A DNA stretch of 64,000 bases from Alphaproteobacteria bacterium (GTDB lineage Bacteria; Pseudomonadota; Alphaproteobacteria; UBA828): the NCBI GenBank assembly GCA_963667785.2, contig CAXXMU010000001.1, forward strand, positions 448,001-512,000, in the 5' to 3' direction. A program made the translations under genes and the position numbers. Positions 63,755 to 64,000 of the stretch are shown piece after piece; the first letter of the stretch is position 1, and every line of letters starts with the position of its first letter. The notes beneath the pieces are model-generated. The model saw only the letters and a list, made by a program, of their open reading frames with translations, ran no database searches and had not been told where the DNA came from.

Positions 63755-64000
63755 ATGAGGCTCGCCGGCAAGGCGGCGATCGTCACCGGCGCAGGGTCCG
63801 GCATCGGCCGCGCCACGGCGCTGCGCTTCGCCAGGGAGGGCGCGGCGGTCGCCTGCGCGGGCCTCAGCGCCGACGACAACGTCGCCACGGTGCGCGCGAT
63901 CGAGAAGGCGGGCGGCAGCGCCGTCGCCATCGAGGCCGACGTCATGCAGGACGACGACGTGGCGGGGATGGTGCAGGCCGCCATCGAGGCGCTCGGCCAC
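63755..64000 (+). CDS. SDR oxidoreductase, N-terminal part (runs off the window)
   Basis: MRLAGKAAIVTGAGSGIGRATA. Confidence 0.85.
   Translation, partial: MRLAGKAAIVTGAGSGIGRATALRFAREGAAVACAGLSADDNVATVRAIEKAGGSAVAIEADVMQDDDVAGMVQAAIEALGH

Overview
High-GC alphaproteobacterial chromosome segment; the 16S, cupin and sterol-reductase content suggests a marine, possibly host-associated lineage (inference). (1) 1-4122 is the end of a left-hand island carrying RHH regulator - C5 cytosine MTase - Vsr - UvrD-like helicase (runs off the window). (2) 4123-31906 is a ~27.8 kb integrative, probably mobilisable element inserted in tRNA-fMet, with a 49-bp att repeat, arm-type repeats, a tyrosine integrase, a MOBF relaxase-helicase split by an in-frame TAG and a candidate oriT. 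Its cargo is defence-like: a low-GC graspetide-type module (precursor + ATP-grasp ligase + 3-TM protein), AbiEi/AbiEii, and a DISARM-related 4-gene operon (DEAD/DUF1998 helicase, SNF2, N6-MTase, HNH). (3) 31862-37714 is an rrn operon on the minus strand (16S-Ile-Ala-23S-5S-fMet). (4) asd and leuB are followed by a catabolic region: frameshifted PhyH, DddK/DddW-like cupin, triple-Rid fusion, CocE, ABC transporters, biotin carboxylase, GMC oxidoreductase, OYE, ERG24-like sterol reductase and SDRs. The best novelty candidates are the graspetide + membrane-protein module sitting among defence genes and the HNH-linked DISARM-like operon. All calls come from reading motifs by eye; no database searches were run.
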